Assembly: GCA_965226385.1 (NCBI GenBank)
Contig: OZ245359.1
Coordinates: forward strand, 2,057,116 to 2,121,115
Direction: 5' to 3'
DNA length: 64,000 bases
DNA from: Bryobacterales bacterium
GTDB taxonomy: Bacteria > Acidobacteriota > Terriglobia > Bryobacterales > UBA6623
Positions 20,174 to 31,525 of this stretch are shown here, in pieces. The number at the start of each line of letters is the position of its first letter. Position 1 is the first letter of the stretch. The translations under genes and the position numbers were made by a program. The notes below the pieces were generated by a model that was not told the origin of the DNA, searched no databases, and saw only the letters and a program-made list of their open reading frames with translations.

Positions 20174-21616
20174 TCAGGTGATCAGTTTGTCAGCTACTGT
20201 TCCTGCAACATCTGTCAAACGGAAGTCTCGTCCGCTGTGATGGTATGTCAACCGCTCGTGGTTCAACCCCATTAGGTGCAGGACCGTGGCATGCAGGTCA
20301 TGGATGTGCATGCGATCCTCGACTGCATGGTAGCCAAATTCGTCAGTTGCTCCATAGATCATACCCGGCTTGACACCGCCACCTGCCATAAAGATTGAGA
20401 ACCCGTATGGGTTGTGATCCCGTCCGTCAGCACCCTCCGAGAATGGTGTCCGGCCGAATTCAGTGCACCAGACAACCAGTGTTTCATCCAGCAGTCCCCT
20501 GGACTTGAGGTCCTTGATCAAACCTGCAATGGGCTTGTCGACTTCCCGTGAGCGGATGGGATGCAGTCGCAGGATATCGCCATGGTGATCCCATTTTTCT
20601 TCAGCACCGGAGTGGGTGGCTTGTACGACACGGACACCGCGCTCGCTGAGCCGTCTGGCTAGCAGGCACTGCCACCCGTAGTCCCGGGTGACTTCTTCAT
20701 CCAGCCCGTACAATTTACGGGTTGCCTCTGTTTCACTTGAAACATCGAATGCTTCGGGAGCCTCAACCTGCATGCGAAATGCAAGTTCGAACGCCTGTAT
20801 CCTGGCCTCAAGGTGCGGGTCGAACCGGCGGTCATCAGCATGACGCCGGTTCATCTGCCGCAGGAAATCGAGTTCGAGTTTTTGCTTGTCATCTGTGCTG
20901 CCGAGTGGCTGCATGTGTTCGATCGGGTTCCTGATGATGTCATCGACCTGCATGGGGGATGATCCGATCGGTGTCCCCTGGTAGGCCCCAGGCAGGAAGC
21001 TGGAAGCGAACAGCTTGTCGCCACCTTGCCACTGGGTCGGCTTGATGCTGATGAAGCCTGGCAGGTTCTGGTTCTCGGTACCAAGACCGTATAGTGCCCA
21101 GGAACCCATGCTCGGGCGGGAAAAAGAGAATGTTCCAGTAAACAGTTGCAGCATGGCGGCACCATGATCAACGCCTTCACCTACCATTGAGCGGATCATG
21201 CACAAATCGTCGACACACTTGGCAGTCTCCGGGAATAACTCACTGACAGGGATGCCGCTCTGCCCATGGCGCTGGAAGGACCAGGGAGAGCGCATGAGTC
21301 CTCCTGCGGACTTGGCATTGAAGGTTAATGCACGCTGGATTGGTAATGGGTTGCCATGATCCTTTTCCAGACGAGGTTTTGGATCGAATGTATCGACATG
21401 AGATACACCACCGTGCATGAAAAGCACAATCATGCGCTTTGCACGAGGTGCGAAATGCGGTTCCTTGCCCTGTAATGGGCTGGCAGGCTGCTGGTTCGCT
21501 AGCAGCCTGTTGTCATCAAGCAGTCCGTAAAGCCCGAGGGAGCCAAAACCAAGAGCTGCCTGGCGCAGCATTGTCCGTCTTGAGAAGGGTGAATTAGTCA
21601 ACATAGTGAAACTCAT
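20174..21616 (-). CDS. DUF1501 family protein (sulfatase-fold, Tat signal)
   Basis: 480-aa ORF with a RRTMLRQAALGFGSLG twin-arginine leader. It is paired with, and overlaps, the upstream PSCyt/DUF1553 gene, as is typical in Planctomycetota. Confidence 0.75.
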   Translation of the reverse strand: MSFTMLTNSPFSRRTMLRQAALGFGSLGLYGLLDDNRLLANQQPASPLQGKEPHFAPRAKRMIVLFMHGGVSHVDTFDPKPRLEKDHGNPLPIQRALTFNAKSAGGLMRSPWSFQRHGQSGIPVSELFPETAKCVDDLCMIRSMVGEGVDHGAAMLQLFTGTFSFSRPSMGSWALYGLGTENQNLPGFISIKPTQWQGGDKLFASSFLPGAYQGTPIGSSPMQVDDIIRNPIEHMQPLGSTDDKQKLELDFLRQMNRRHADDRRFDPHLEARIQAFELAFRMQVEAPEAFDVSSETEATRKLYGLDEEVTRDYGWQCLLARRLSERGVRVVQATHSGAEEKWDHHGDILRLHPIRSREVDKPIAGLIKDLKSRGLLDETLVVWCTEFGRTPFSEGADGRDHNPYGFSIFMAGGGVKPGMIYGATDEFGYHAVEDRMHIHDLHATVLHLMGLNHERLTYHHSGRDFRLTDVAGTVADKLIT

Positions 21617-24314
21617 TGGATGCCAGCATCAGCTTGTAAAGATTACTCCAGGAACCTGGCAAAGGACTGGCTGCATCGGCCGTATTTTTGGAACGACCCT
21701 GGATGAAGTGCATGGCCTGGGTGTTCTCAACAGGTGTTGCATTGCGTGCAAACACTACCTGGAAGCCACGATTGATGCGTTCCTGGTCCGAGCCTTCAAG
21801 TCGCTCTGACAGGCTTTCGGCGCAACTCTGTACAAACTCGCTGTTCAACAGATAGAGAGCCTGGGGAGCCACGTTGGTCACTGATCTTTTGCCGTTTGCA
21901 GTTGTTGCATCCCCGAAATCAAAAAGTCCCAGAAGAGTGGGAAGCTTGTTCCTCATCAGCGGTAGGTAGACACTGCGACGCTGGTAGTCGTCGGGATTGA
22001 TGCGGCGGTTGTTGCGGTCAAACTCCACGAGCTTGCCGGAGTCAGCATCCAGGTTGCCACCCACGGTGAGGTCGAGTTTGCCGCCAATGTTGAGGTAGCT
22101 GTCACGCAGTTCCTCGATGGTCAAGCGTCTCCGCTGGAACCTTGACCACAAGCGGTTCTCTACATCCTTGTCCCATGCTTCGGGTGTGATCTGGCTACTC
22201 ATCTGGTAGGTCGCAGAGTTCATGATGAGTCGGTGCAGGTTTTTGATGGACCAGCCACCTTCAACCAATCTCACTGCAAGCCAGTCCAGTAACTCCGGAT
22301 GAGTCGGTTCCTCTCCACGCAATCCAAAGTTGTTGGGAGTGCGGACCAGTCCCTCGCCGAAGTGCCAGAGCCAGACGCGATTGACAATTACGCGGGCAGT
22401 CAATGGGTTGTTCTCCGAGACCAGCCAGTTGGCGAGTTCCAGACGACCACTGACTGTTTTGACTGCTGGTTGATCCACTCCTGCCAGAATAAGAGGAAAA
22501 CGCTTTGCTACGAGTGCTCCCTGGTTCTTGTGCTGCCCTCTCTGGAAAATGCGTTGATTGATTGATTCATCCTCGGCAACACTGTTTGCCAGGGGCGGTT
22601 CCTGGGGCAAGGCGGCATTGCTCTTTTCAATCCGTTGATCCACTCGTCTTAATAACTCCTTGTCCTGCGGTTCGAATTGATCCTTGATGTCATCCACCTC
22701 AAGATCGAAAGGAGCGTTATCATCGACCAGGTCACGGTAAAGCAATGACGTGGGCAGTTCTCCCAATCCTGCAGAGTCCGTCACCTCATCGGCATGCAAG
22801 ATCTGCTCCAGCCAGGGATCGGCTTGTTCAAGACGTGCATTCAATGTCCTGAGAAACTCGTCCTGGTATTGCATTGCAATCTTTTTTCGTTGCTCCGGCG
22901 TTGTCTTACGCCAGTTGGCAAGGTATGGCCTGGGACTTGGCCGGGGAGCCAGGTACTCGCGGAACCACTGCGTGGTTTCAGGGTCCAGTCCTTGTGCGGC
23001 CTCTTCCACAGTGGTAGACAGGAAGTGGTTTGCGATTTGTTTGCCTGGACCTTCCAGGATGTAACGAGTCCTGGCGTTGCGCCTAGCAATTGTCTGAATA
23101 ATCTTCAACTCCTGGATCGCATCAAACTGTGTCTTGTACTCTTCGTAGACTGCGGTCTCTACAAGGGGGTGTTTGTAGTAACGTGAACCGTTCTTCTGCC
23201 ATTCCACAAAGGACTTTGTGCTGGCCATTATGCCTGCCAGAGCATAGTAGTCCGAGGTAAGGATCGGATCAAACTTATGGTCATGACAGCGTGCGCAAGC
23301 AATGGTCAAGGCCAGGAAGGCCTTTGAAGTGGTATCAATCTGCTCGTCCACAACATCGTATTTTTTCTGGACCGGATCGCGTTGCGCCAGTGCCTTGGGC
23401 CCGAGTGCCAGGAAACCTGTGCCTATGATGCCTCGTTTATTGAGCGATTCTCCAGCGGGAGCAGGTAGCAAATCCCCGGCAATCTGCTCACGGACGAACT
23501 GCGTGAAGGGCAGATCCTCATTGAAAGCATTCACGACGTAATCGCGATAGCGCCAGGAATCACCGAATGGATGATCTTCATCGACACCAGTTGAATCGGC
23601 ATAACGGGCAACATCCAGCCAGTGCCGCCCCCAGCGTTCTCCGTAATGTGGTGAATCAAGCAGCTTTTCAACCAGTCGCTTGAAAGCGTCAGGTTGCTTG
23701 TCAGCCAGGAAGTCCTGAATTTCCTGCTCGCTTGGGGGTAGCCCAAGCAGGTCAAAGTGTGCACGACGAAGCAGCTTGGACTTATCAGCCTGTGTAGCTG
23801 GTTGCAAGCCCTTTTCCTCAATCCTTGCCAGGATGAAGTGGTCAATTTCATTGCGCACCCACTCGGCATTTTCGACCTGAGGGGCTGCGGGGTCTGCCGG
23901 AGGCTGGAAGGACCAGTGGTCACTTTCGGGAACTTCTTCAATCAGATTGGCAAGGTCTTGCTGGGCAGGTTCGTAATCCGGCCAGGGAGCCCCAAGGCGG
24001 ACCCATTCGACAAGCGTATCGATAGCTTCTTCTGGTAATTTTGTTCCGGGAGGCATTTTGATCGTGCTCTCGTAGCGCACAGCACGGATCAGGCTACTTG
24101 ATTCGTCACCACCAGTGACAACTTTCCCCAATACCGTCTCCGGTTTACGGAAATCGATTTGAGCTGCTTGCAGTTTCTCCCCGTGACAGGCTGCACAGTG
24201 CTCGTGCAGTAGTGGACGTACCTTGTTCTCAAAAAACTCGTTCATGCCCTCTGCCTGCAGTTCGACAGGCACAAGAACAAAGATAATCAGGACAAAAATC
24301 CGCATGGTTGTCAA
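21594..24314 (-). CDS. PSCyt1/DUF1549/DUF1553 (PSD1) domain protein
   Basis: 906-aa ORF with a signal peptide, a CAACHG cytochrome-like motif near the N-terminus and a CARCHDHKFDP motif (DUF1549). The C-terminal region matches DUF1553. Confidence 0.8.
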   Translation of the reverse strand: MTTMRIFVLIIFVLVPVELQAEGMNEFFENKVRPLLHEHCAACHGEKLQAAQIDFRKPETVLGKVVTGGDESSSLIRAVRYESTIKMPPGTKLPEEAIDTLVEWVRLGAPWPDYEPAQQDLANLIEEVPESDHWSFQPPADPAAPQVENAEWVRNEIDHFILARIEEKGLQPATQADKSKLLRRAHFDLLGLPPSEQEIQDFLADKQPDAFKRLVEKLLDSPHYGERWGRHWLDVARYADSTGVDEDHPFGDSWRYRDYVVNAFNEDLPFTQFVREQIAGDLLPAPAGESLNKRGIIGTGFLALGPKALAQRDPVQKKYDVVDEQIDTTSKAFLALTIACARCHDHKFDPILTSDYYALAGIMASTKSFVEWQKNGSRYYKHPLVETAVYEEYKTQFDAIQELKIIQTIARRNARTRYILEGPGKQIANHFLSTTVEEAAQGLDPETTQWFREYLAPRPSPRPYLANWRKTTPEQRKKIAMQYQDEFLRTLNARLEQADPWLEQILHADEVTDSAGLGELPTSLLYRDLVDDNAPFDLEVDDIKDQFEPQDKELLRRVDQRIEKSNAALPQEPPLANSVAEDESINQRIFQRGQHKNQGALVAKRFPLILAGVDQPAVKTVSGRLELANWLVSENNPLTARVIVNRVWLWHFGEGLVRTPNNFGLRGEEPTHPELLDWLAVRLVEGGWSIKNLHRLIMNSATYQMSSQITPEAWDKDVENRLWSRFQRRRLTIEELRDSYLNIGGKLDLTVGGNLDADSGKLVEFDRNNRRINPDDYQRRSVYLPLMRNKLPTLLGLFDFGDATTANGKRSVTNVAPQALYLLNSEFVQSCAESLSERLEGSDQERINRGFQVVFARNATPVENTQAMHFIQGRSKNTADAASPLPGSWSNLYKLMLASNEFHYVD

Positions 24315-24468
24315 AACAGGAAATATCGGGTTAATTGCTCCTGAGTATAAGCCTTTTTGTGTCCTTTCTGAATTCTCGATACATGGCTGTGAGTGGCGTT
24401 TTGCAAGGAATTATTCCACTTTGACTTGACAGTTGTTTTGACAGCATGATGTAGTCTTGTGAGTTTTC

Positions 24469-26157
24469 ATGCCTGAATATTCTGCTTTTCATGCCCTTAT
24501 TGCCGTGCTGCCTATCCTGGCAGTAATGTTTTTCCTGGTCGTACTACGTTGGCCAGCTACAAGGGCGATGCCTGTCGCCTACCTGATGACCTCCGGTTTT
24601 GCTCTGTTCTTCTGGCAGGTTTCACCCGTTCATGTGGCTGCTGCCTCAATCCGGGGAGCTCTGATTGCCTGCTCCTTGCTATGGATCATCTTCGGTGCCA
24701 TCCTGCTCTTGCAGACGTTGACCGAGAGCGGTGCTGCTGCAGCAATTCGCAGGGGCTTCATGGATGTCTCGCTGGATCGCCGGGTGCAACTCATCATCGT
24801 GGCCTGGATGTTCGGTGCCTTTATCGAGGGTGCTTCAGGATTCGGAACACCAGCAGCGGTTGCTGGTCCATTGCTGCTGGCACTTGGATTCCCGGCCCTG
24901 GCAGCAGTGATGTGTACGTTGATCATCCAAAGCACACCAGTTACATTTGGTGCGGTGGGTACTCCCATCCTGGTAGGCATGGCAGAGTCCCTGAATGTCG
25001 AACAGGTCGAAACTGCCATTCAGCAGGCGGGTATTTCGTATGAAGTGTTTATTTACCAGATCGGCGTCTTTGCCGCGATCCCGCATGCCATTATCGGTAC
25101 ATTCATCCCGTTGATCATCTGCGGCATGATGACCCGCTTCTTTGGTCAGAACAAGTCCTTCAAGGAAGGACTGGGGATCTGGAAGTTCGGTCTTTTCGCA
25201 GGGTTGTCATTCACGGTGCCATATCTTCTGGTTGCTATCTTCCTGGGACCGGAGTTTCCTTCCCTGCTGGGAGGACTACTCGGGTTGACTCTAGTTGTCA
25301 GTGCGGCTCGCAAGGGCTTTCTGCTTTCCGGCACAACACCCTGGGATTTTCCACCTCGTGAGAGCTGGCAGAAAGAATGGATGGGAACATTCAGTGGCGA
25401 CATAAAGAACCAGGGCAAGGAGCTACCGCTGCTACGAGCGTGGATGCCTTATGTGCTTGTTGCCATCCTGCTGGTTATCACACGACTGCCAGCCCTGCCG
25501 TTGAAACAGTTGCTGAGTTCAATTCAGATCAACTGGTCAAACATTCTCGGGACTGATCTCTCGCAAGGGATCCAGCCACTTTACCTGCCCGGAACAATCT
25601 TCATGGTGGTGTCACTTGTTACTGCGTGGCTTCATGGCATGAAAGCCCAGCAGGTGAAGAATGCCTGGTCTTCCTCTGTACGAATGCTCGCAGGTCCAGC
25701 CTTTGCCCTGGTATTTGCTGTTGCACTGGTCCGGGTGTTCATTGACTCCAATACCAACGCATCCGGGTTGGAGAGCATGCCTCTTGTACTTGCTGAATTT
25801 GTGGCTGCAGTTGCAGGTGCCAGCTGGCCTTTTTTTGCTGCCATGATTGGTGCCCTGGGGGCGTTTGTGGCGGGCTCGAACACGGTCAGTGACCTGATGT
25901 TCAGTCATTTTCAGTATGGGGTTGCTGATCGCATCGGGGTCTCGCACCTGGTCATTCTAGGTCTGCAGGCGCTGGGAGGTGCAGCAGGCAACATGATCAC
26001 AGTGCACAACGTCGTTGCCGCAAGTGCAACGGTTGGACTGGTCGGCAGTGAAGGACTGCTAATCCGGCGCACCATTTACCCGATGCTGTACTATGTGGTC
26101 TTCGCGGGACTACTCGGACTGCTTTTCAGCTACGGCATCTTTTCCGGCAGCTTCTGA
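24469..26157 (+). CDS. lctP: L-lactate permease (LctP family)
   Basis: 562-aa polytopic membrane protein. [26 protein letters not shown] matches the LctP signature region. Confidence 0.8.
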   Translation: MPEYSAFHALIAVLPILAVMFFLVVLRWPATRAMPVAYLMTSGFALFFWQVSPVHVAAASIRGALIACSLLWIIFGAILLLQTLTESGAAAAIRRGFMDVSLDRRVQLIIVAWMFGAFIEGASGFGTPAAVAGPLLLALGFPALAAVMCTLIIQSTPVTFGAVGTPILVGMAESLNVEQVETAIQQAGISYEVFIYQIGVFAAIPHAIIGTFIPLIICGMMTRFFGQNKSFKEGLGIWKFGLFAGLSFTVPYLLVAIFLGPEFPSLLGGLLGLTLVVSAARKGFLLSGTTPWDFPPRESWQKEWMGTFSGDIKNQGKELPLLRAWMPYVLVAILLVITRLPALPLKQLLSSIQINWSNILGTDLSQGIQPLYLPGTIFMVVSLVTAWLHGMKAQQVKNAWSSSVRMLAGPAFALVFAVALVRVFIDSNTNASGLESMPLVLAEFVAAVAGASWPFFAAMIGALGAFVAGSNTVSDLMFSHFQYGVADRIGVSHLVILGLQALGGAAGNMITVHNVVAASATVGLVGSEGLLIRRTIYPMLYYVVFAGLLGLLFSYGIFSGSF

Positions 26158-28157
26158 TCCTCAAGCGGATCATTACGCATCAACCGCCGTAGCGACTGCA
26201 TTCGCTGCATGAGTTCAGCCGTCGCTGTGACAGCCTGATTCTGGTCGTAAATCACGTGTGGCTCAAGCAGCACGATGAGTTCTGTCTTTGTAGTGGTTCG
26301 CTCAGTTCCACCAAACAGCCAGCCAATTACCGGGATCTTGCCAAGGACAGGAACCCGGTTTGAGTTGTACAGGTTTGTCTCCTGAATGATTCCGGCGATA
26401 GCCACTGTATCACCATCATTGACAGTGACCTGGGTTCTCACATTGCGCCGGTCGATTGTGGGCGACTGGATTGGCCCGGAGATGCCAGTGGGTGTCGAAA
26501 CTTCCTGAAGGATCTGCATCGTAATGATGCCGGAAGCATTCACGCGGGCAGTGACCGACAGGCTGACGCCGGTCTGCACGTTTTGAATCGTATTTGTAAA
26601 CAGAGATGAGCCTTGGGAAAACGTCCCGCCAGCGACTGCCTGGGAAGAGAGGGTGGGAATTGACTGTCCCACAGTGATCTCTGCAGGGATGTTGTCAGTG
26701 ACGATCAGGGAGGGCGCTGAAATGACCTTGGATTTGCCCTCGCTAGCGCTACCTTCGAGAAACAGTGCCAGCTCGCGGGTACTGCCTACCAGCATCCCGA
26801 TGCTCATGCCGACCAGCCCAGTTGCAGAGAAGTCGGCATTCAGCTTACCGGTCGTGCGGGGTGATGAGCGGTTCCTGAGGTATGCAGACACCCCACTGGC
26901 CAATGACCCGCTGAGGGTCACTTCATAGATCTTGGCGTTGATCAGGACCTGGCGCGGGGGAGTATCAAGTTCAAGCAACGTACTGCGGATGTTGTCCCAC
27001 TTCTGCTGAGTGGATTGCACAAGTACGAGGTTGTTGACTCGGTCTGCCACGATACGGATCCCTGGGTTCTGATTTTGGTAATTGCCTGTTCCGTCAATTT
27101 GCAGACCACCCGGACCAGTTGAGGCCTGTTGCAGAACACCCGGAGAACCCATCAGTCCACCAGTAGCATTGAGCCCGGTTCCGACTGCAAGGTTGCCAGG
27201 ATAAGCAGAATTTGAAGAGGCACCATACAGTTGCAGGAGTGTGCCGGCGAGATTCTCGGCCAAACCATACTGGGCTTGATAGATGAAGTTCCTTGTGTTG
27301 CCGACAGCCTTTTCCCGGTCCAGCTTGTGAAGCCATTCCTCGGCATTGTGAAGGATTTCCTCACTTGGACTCACTACCAGCAGCGAGCTGATCCTGGGCA
27401 GCGGTAAAACCCGGATTGCAGGCTGATGCTCTGAGAGCGAGAGCGTTTGCATGACGTTTTCAAGTTCAGAAGCCAGTGTCACAGCGAGGCTGTGCTTGAC
27501 TTCGAATAGCCGGATTCTCTGCTGGGAGAGTTCTGCAGCGTCGAACATCTGGATAAGCTCCAGCGTGCGCTGCATGTTGCGAGTGTTGTCGAGTACGAGC
27601 AGCATGTTTGCCGAGGCAATGACTGAATACCTGGCCCCGCCACCCAGAAACGGTTCGAGGATCTCTCCGATCTCTTCTGCGGAAACATAGTTGAGCCGAA
27701 TCGCATTGAGCACCAGACGTTCGTCTTCGGGCAGCGCGGTATTATCCGAACGCGGAACGACTGGCATCCTGGCAATTTCGTCGAGTGGAACGATGTGCCA
27801 GGAATTCCCGACCTGCACTGCAGCCGTATCATTCATCCGCAGGATTGTTTCAAGAAGCGGGAGCAGATCGCTTTCATACAACGTTCCATATGTGTTGATC
27901 GTGACGGTGCCGTCCTGCACCTCGGGATCGACGATGTAGTTGATCTGAAGTCTTTGAGCCAGGATTTCTAGCACCTCGAAAAGGCTGGCATCCCTGAAAT
28001 TGTTGAATGTGATATTTGCCTCAGCGGATTGCGGGTCTATAGGTTGTGAATAAACTGCACTGGAGAGAAAAAATAGTAATCCCAAGGTGCGGAAGATGGT
28101 TGCTGATCGTTTGGTCATGGTCTGGTTTCCTGATGTACTTGTGTTCCTGTTGGGCAT
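26130..28157 (-). CDS. gspD: Secretin (GspD/PilQ family)
   Basis: 675-aa ORF with a signal peptide, N-domains and a C-terminal secretin core ([23 protein letters not shown]). It is last in the pseudopilus cluster. Confidence 0.85.
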   Translation of the reverse strand: MPNRNTSTSGNQTMTKRSATIFRTLGLLFFLSSAVYSQPIDPQSAEANITFNNFRDASLFEVLEILAQRLQINYIVDPEVQDGTVTINTYGTLYESDLLPLLETILRMNDTAAVQVGNSWHIVPLDEIARMPVVPRSDNTALPEDERLVLNAIRLNYVSAEEIGEILEPFLGGGARYSVIASANMLLVLDNTRNMQRTLELIQMFDAAELSQQRIRLFEVKHSLAVTLASELENVMQTLSLSEHQPAIRVLPLPRISSLLVVSPSEEILHNAEEWLHKLDREKAVGNTRNFIYQAQYGLAENLAGTLLQLYGASSNSAYPGNLAVGTGLNATGGLMGSPGVLQQASTGPGGLQIDGTGNYQNQNPGIRIVADRVNNLVLVQSTQQKWDNIRSTLLELDTPPRQVLINAKIYEVTLSGSLASGVSAYLRNRSSPRTTGKLNADFSATGLVGMSIGMLVGSTRELALFLEGSASEGKSKVISAPSLIVTDNIPAEITVGQSIPTLSSQAVAGGTFSQGSSLFTNTIQNVQTGVSLSVTARVNASGIITMQILQEVSTPTGISGPIQSPTIDRRNVRTQVTVNDGDTVAIAGIIQETNLYNSNRVPVLGKIPVIGWLFGGTERTTTKTELIVLLEPHVIYDQNQAVTATAELMQRMQSLRRLMRNDPLEDQKLPEKMP

Positions 28158-28172
28158 ATTGCAGTCATTGGC

Positions 28173-28898
28173 TTATTGGGTCTCCTTTTCCCACCAATGC
28201 TGTTTCCCGAATGGGGTGGTTCTTACGTGGCGGATATAGCCCTGGTACCGCGTTCCGTCGTCGGCACCATCGGTTTCATCGGCTGTGAACCTGCCCGGTC
28301 TGAACTCCTGGCCGATCCTGTAAATGCCAAGTGCCGAGGATGGGCTGGACAGTGCGGAGGTCCTGTTGGATGGCCGGGAAACCGGGGTTCTGGAAGAGAT
28401 CGGTACTGTCCTGCGCCGATTGTCCTTGAGCAGGTCTTCCCTGGCAGCCTCGATGCGACGTCCATCTTTCTCAAAGACAAGCTCATCGGGGCCAATCGAC
28501 TCAAGAACGTAATTGCCGATCATTTCCCCTGGTGATGTCCATTGGGGCTTCTCCCCTGAGTGTGTTGCAAGAAGTGCGACAGGGCCGTTCCCTAAATTTG
28601 CAACCCCGTGCAGGATGGGCAAGGAAATGGTTTCAGAGCTATCCCTTACAAGGATCTCAATCGCCGAATTGCGATCTGGGGTAAACAGGAACTGATTGGC
28701 GATGTCAGAATAATCGGATGCCCTGACACTGGTTGCCTGGACATTCTCTATGGATGGGGCAGTATGGGACTCTTTCTGGGATTCCTGGAAAATCCCGTTG
28801 CGTTCCCTGGCAGAACGATTCTGCACGTAGTAAACCCAGCAGACCCAGATGAGAATGCCGCCAAGACCCAGGTTGACCCAGCGTATCGTGGTACTCAC
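28173..28898 (-). CDS. GspC/PilP-like inner-membrane component (tentative)
   Basis: 241 aa with a single N-terminal TM helix and the FLFTPDR motif common to GspC/PilP-type proteins. It lies directly upstream of the secretin. Confidence 0.4.
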   Translation of the reverse strand: MSTTIRWVNLGLGGILIWVCWVYYVQNRSARERNGIFQESQKESHTAPSIENVQATSVRASDYSDIANQFLFTPDRNSAIEILVRDSSETISLPILHGVANLGNGPVALLATHSGEKPQWTSPGEMIGNYVLESIGPDELVFEKDGRRIEAAREDLLKDNRRRTVPISSRTPVSRPSNRTSALSSPSSALGIYRIGQEFRPGRFTADETDGADDGTRYQGYIRHVRTTPFGKQHWWEKETQ

Positions 28899-29506
28899 TG
28901 AAGGCCCTCCGAGGTTGCATCCCGTTCATTGGCTGACAGGTCACCTGCAGCTGCCAGGTACCCTTCAAGTGTCATCCTCACGGATATGGCCTTGGTCTGC
29001 TGATTGTTCAATCCCATCTCGATTCTGCGCGTAGACAGAATGGCTGGGGCTTGTGTGAGGGAGGCCATGAAGTTTACAAATTGTTCGATCGCACAGCCAA
29101 ACTCCAAAGCCAGGGCTATGCCATTGTAATGAGGGTCTGGTGAGGGGAGTTCTTCAAACCTTGAAGACTGCAAAGAAATGCCCTCTCGCTGGAGAATGTC
29201 TGATACAAGAGAGAGCATCTCGGCCTGGGCTAGGGAAGGCGAAACGGAAGCAAGCAATCGTTGGTTGAGGGTTGAAAGGCTCTCTTCGAGAACTTCGCGT
29301 TCCAGTTGTCTTGTCGGCTGGTTCCAAGCATGGTTGCGGGCCAGAATGTACTGCTGTTCAAGTTGTTCGACCGATCGAGTTTCAGAGGGTTTGGCAGGAT
29401 CCTGTATACATGCCCTGCCCTGCCAAAGTATGAATACGCCCAATGCCAGTGTGAGCAATTTCAGGGCGTGCTGGTCACGTTTTGAAAGACTGGCCAGGAA
29501 ACTCAT
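28895..29506 (-). CDS. GspM/PilO-like bitopic protein (tentative)
   Basis: 203 aa with an N-terminal TM helix followed by a coiled-coil. Its 4-nt overlaps with both neighbours suggest translational coupling. Confidence 0.4.
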   Translation of the reverse strand: MSFLASLSKRDQHALKLLTLALGVFILWQGRACIQDPAKPSETRSVEQLEQQYILARNHAWNQPTRQLEREVLEESLSTLNQRLLASVSPSLAQAEMLSLVSDILQREGISLQSSRFEELPSPDPHYNGIALALEFGCAIEQFVNFMASLTQAPAILSTRRIEMGLNNQQTKAISVRMTLEGYLAAAGDLSANERDATSEGLQ

Positions 29507-30930
29507 GGTGCAGGCACCTGGCGCTGTATCAGGACTTCAAACTGGTCACCCAGCTCGTTACGAACCGGAGACCTGACAAACCTTGCATTGTTGAGCAAGG
29601 GTGATGCATTCAATACGGCCAGCAGGGGAGCCGCATTCTCGGCAGTACCCGTCATAACGACGTTTTGATCGTCCAGCTTGAGCGAATTGAGCCAAACAGA
29701 CTTGGGCAATATCCTTGACAGGTTGCCGATTAGCCTGAGGTCGGACTCTGTCCTGGCCTGCATCTGTACTAATGCATCCACACGCTCTCGCAACCCAGTT
29801 GTACCCGGTTGGCTTGTTGCTGCGGTCCGAACTTCTTGCTCCAGACGGGCAGTTTCGAGTTGAAGCTGCTTTACATATGAAGAATCCTTAATATGCTGTT
29901 GGATCAGGGCCCCAATGCCAAGAACAGTCAGCAGCACAGTCAGAGCAAGTGTCGATATGTGAACCTGTAACGGGTTGGAATGTCGCATCCGAGGGGGCAA
30001 CAGGTTCAGTCCGGAACCCGTACGTGGGCAAGCAGATACAAGAGCGGTAGCAAAGACACTGGCATCCCTCTTCAAGTCGAATTCACCCGTACTTTGCACT
30101 GGTACCGGCAATAGTGCTTCGGCAGGGATGGGGTTGAATCCTGCTTGAGTTCCCATTTCCTGTGTATCCCCGGTGAGTACAAGATTTACGGTTTCACCAA
30201 AAGGAAGTTGCAAGTCCTCATAAACCAGTTGAAGTGCGTTTGGAAGTGTGATGCTGCCCAGATCAAGCGTGGAACTCCAGGCAGAGGTTCCAGGTGTTTC
30301 GCCGTAAAGCTCCAGCGATGAGTTATGGATGTCGCCAACGAGAAAGGGTCTTGGCGTTTCCTTTTGCTTAAACCTTACTGCGGTATACCATGTGGTTGCC
30401 GAAGTGACACAGGATGCCATGTGAATCCCTGCCTGTGCGAATCGTTCCACATAGTCATCAATCCGTGCAGCTTCTGCTATCAGGACTGCCACCTGCACTT
30501 GCCCTGTAGTTGTCGGCTGACTGTCGGTCAGTGCAGTGGCATGATAAACCGGAATATTTTCATAAGGGTGCAGTGTATGCAGCTGAAGATTAATTGCAGC
30601 ATCCAGTTCATTGCGGTTCATTGCAGGCATCTGAAGTGTGCGAAAGATAACTTCCTGGCGGGGCAAGCAAAGCGTTGCTGGAATGTTCTTCCAGCCCAGA
30701 CCTTGCAGGAAAGATGCGTACTCCACACCCCACTCCTGGGGAGCACGATCTCTGTAACTTTCAATCAGGATCTTGCCAACTACCTGAACTCCAGAAGCTC
30801 GGGATCGCACTGCGACGATTACCAGATCATCTCCACGAATGCAGATTCCGCATCCGGTCCCCCATTTGTAGAGGTTTCTTAGCATAAAATCTATTTCTTT
30901 TACCTGGTCCTGAACTGGCTTTTCCTGCAA
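29503..30930 (-). CDS. GspL-like / PilM-PilN fusion assembly protein
   Basis: 475 aa. It has an actin-like cytoplasmic N-domain, one TM helix (LALTVLLTVLGIGALI) and a PilN-like periplasmic C-domain. Confidence 0.55.
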   Translation of the reverse strand: MQEKPVQDQVKEIDFMLRNLYKWGTGCGICIRGDDLVIVAVRSRASGVQVVGKILIESYRDRAPQEWGVEYASFLQGLGWKNIPATLCLPRQEVIFRTLQMPAMNRNELDAAINLQLHTLHPYENIPVYHATALTDSQPTTTGQVQVAVLIAEAARIDDYVERFAQAGIHMASCVTSATTWYTAVRFKQKETPRPFLVGDIHNSSLELYGETPGTSAWSSTLDLGSITLPNALQLVYEDLQLPFGETVNLVLTGDTQEMGTQAGFNPIPAEALLPVPVQSTGEFDLKRDASVFATALVSACPRTGSGLNLLPPRMRHSNPLQVHISTLALTVLLTVLGIGALIQQHIKDSSYVKQLQLETARLEQEVRTAATSQPGTTGLRERVDALVQMQARTESDLRLIGNLSRILPKSVWLNSLKLDDQNVVMTGTAENAAPLLAVLNASPLLNNARFVRSPVRNELGDQFEVLIQRQVPAP

Positions 30931-31525
30931 GCAGTTGACCCTCTACTGGGTCCAGCACAGCCCCGAATCTCTACGGGTATCCCTATTGCTTTGTATAGAC
31001 GCTGAATCATGCCCAAAAGACGAACTGGGCTTTGGATGATGAATGGACTAACAGGTATTCAACTGCTGAAGCGATCGCAACTGAGATTGGTACCAAAGGT
31101 AAGGGTCACCGGGGCGGAGGAACTCAAGCTGGAGGGGGCGGACCGCGGCCAGAGAGTCTGGCAGCGGGAGCAGTTCTGGCTGGTCTGTAGCGGACAAGGG
31201 GACGAGCGGACGGGGATTGGGAAAGTGCCCACGTCGAGGCGGTAGTAAGAGCAGGCGTTGCAATTCACTTTGTTTCATGAAAAACACGCTGGATTTTTCG
31301 GTTGAACTTTTGTTGAATCATTAGGCAAGCAATTAAATCTGGCACAGGTGGTGGCGGCTTGGCAGGGCAGCCTGCATTGCAGACTCAATGGTGACTTCAC
31401 GAATGAGAGTGACCCCAAGGAGTATGCACCTGACCCCTATAAACTGTTCGCGGGGACGTTTGAGCGTGTGTAGTTCCTATTACTGCGGCCGACGTGGACG
31501 TTCATCCGTGAGTCGGGTAGACCGG

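Noticed and set aside
26130-26157. 28-bp convergent overlap of the lctP and secretin 3' ends
   Set aside because: Short convergent overlaps are common and may also reflect slight uncertainty about the true stop context. No structure or repeat is associated with it.
31048-31287. 79-aa minus-strand ORF (MKQSELQRLLLLPPRRGHFPNPRPL...ELLPLPDSLAAVRPLQLEFLRPGDPYLW) at the left edge of the T2SS-splitting insertion
   Set aside because: It vaguely resembles the N-termini of IS-associated proteins, but I cannot name a family or a motif. It is too short to call without a database search.
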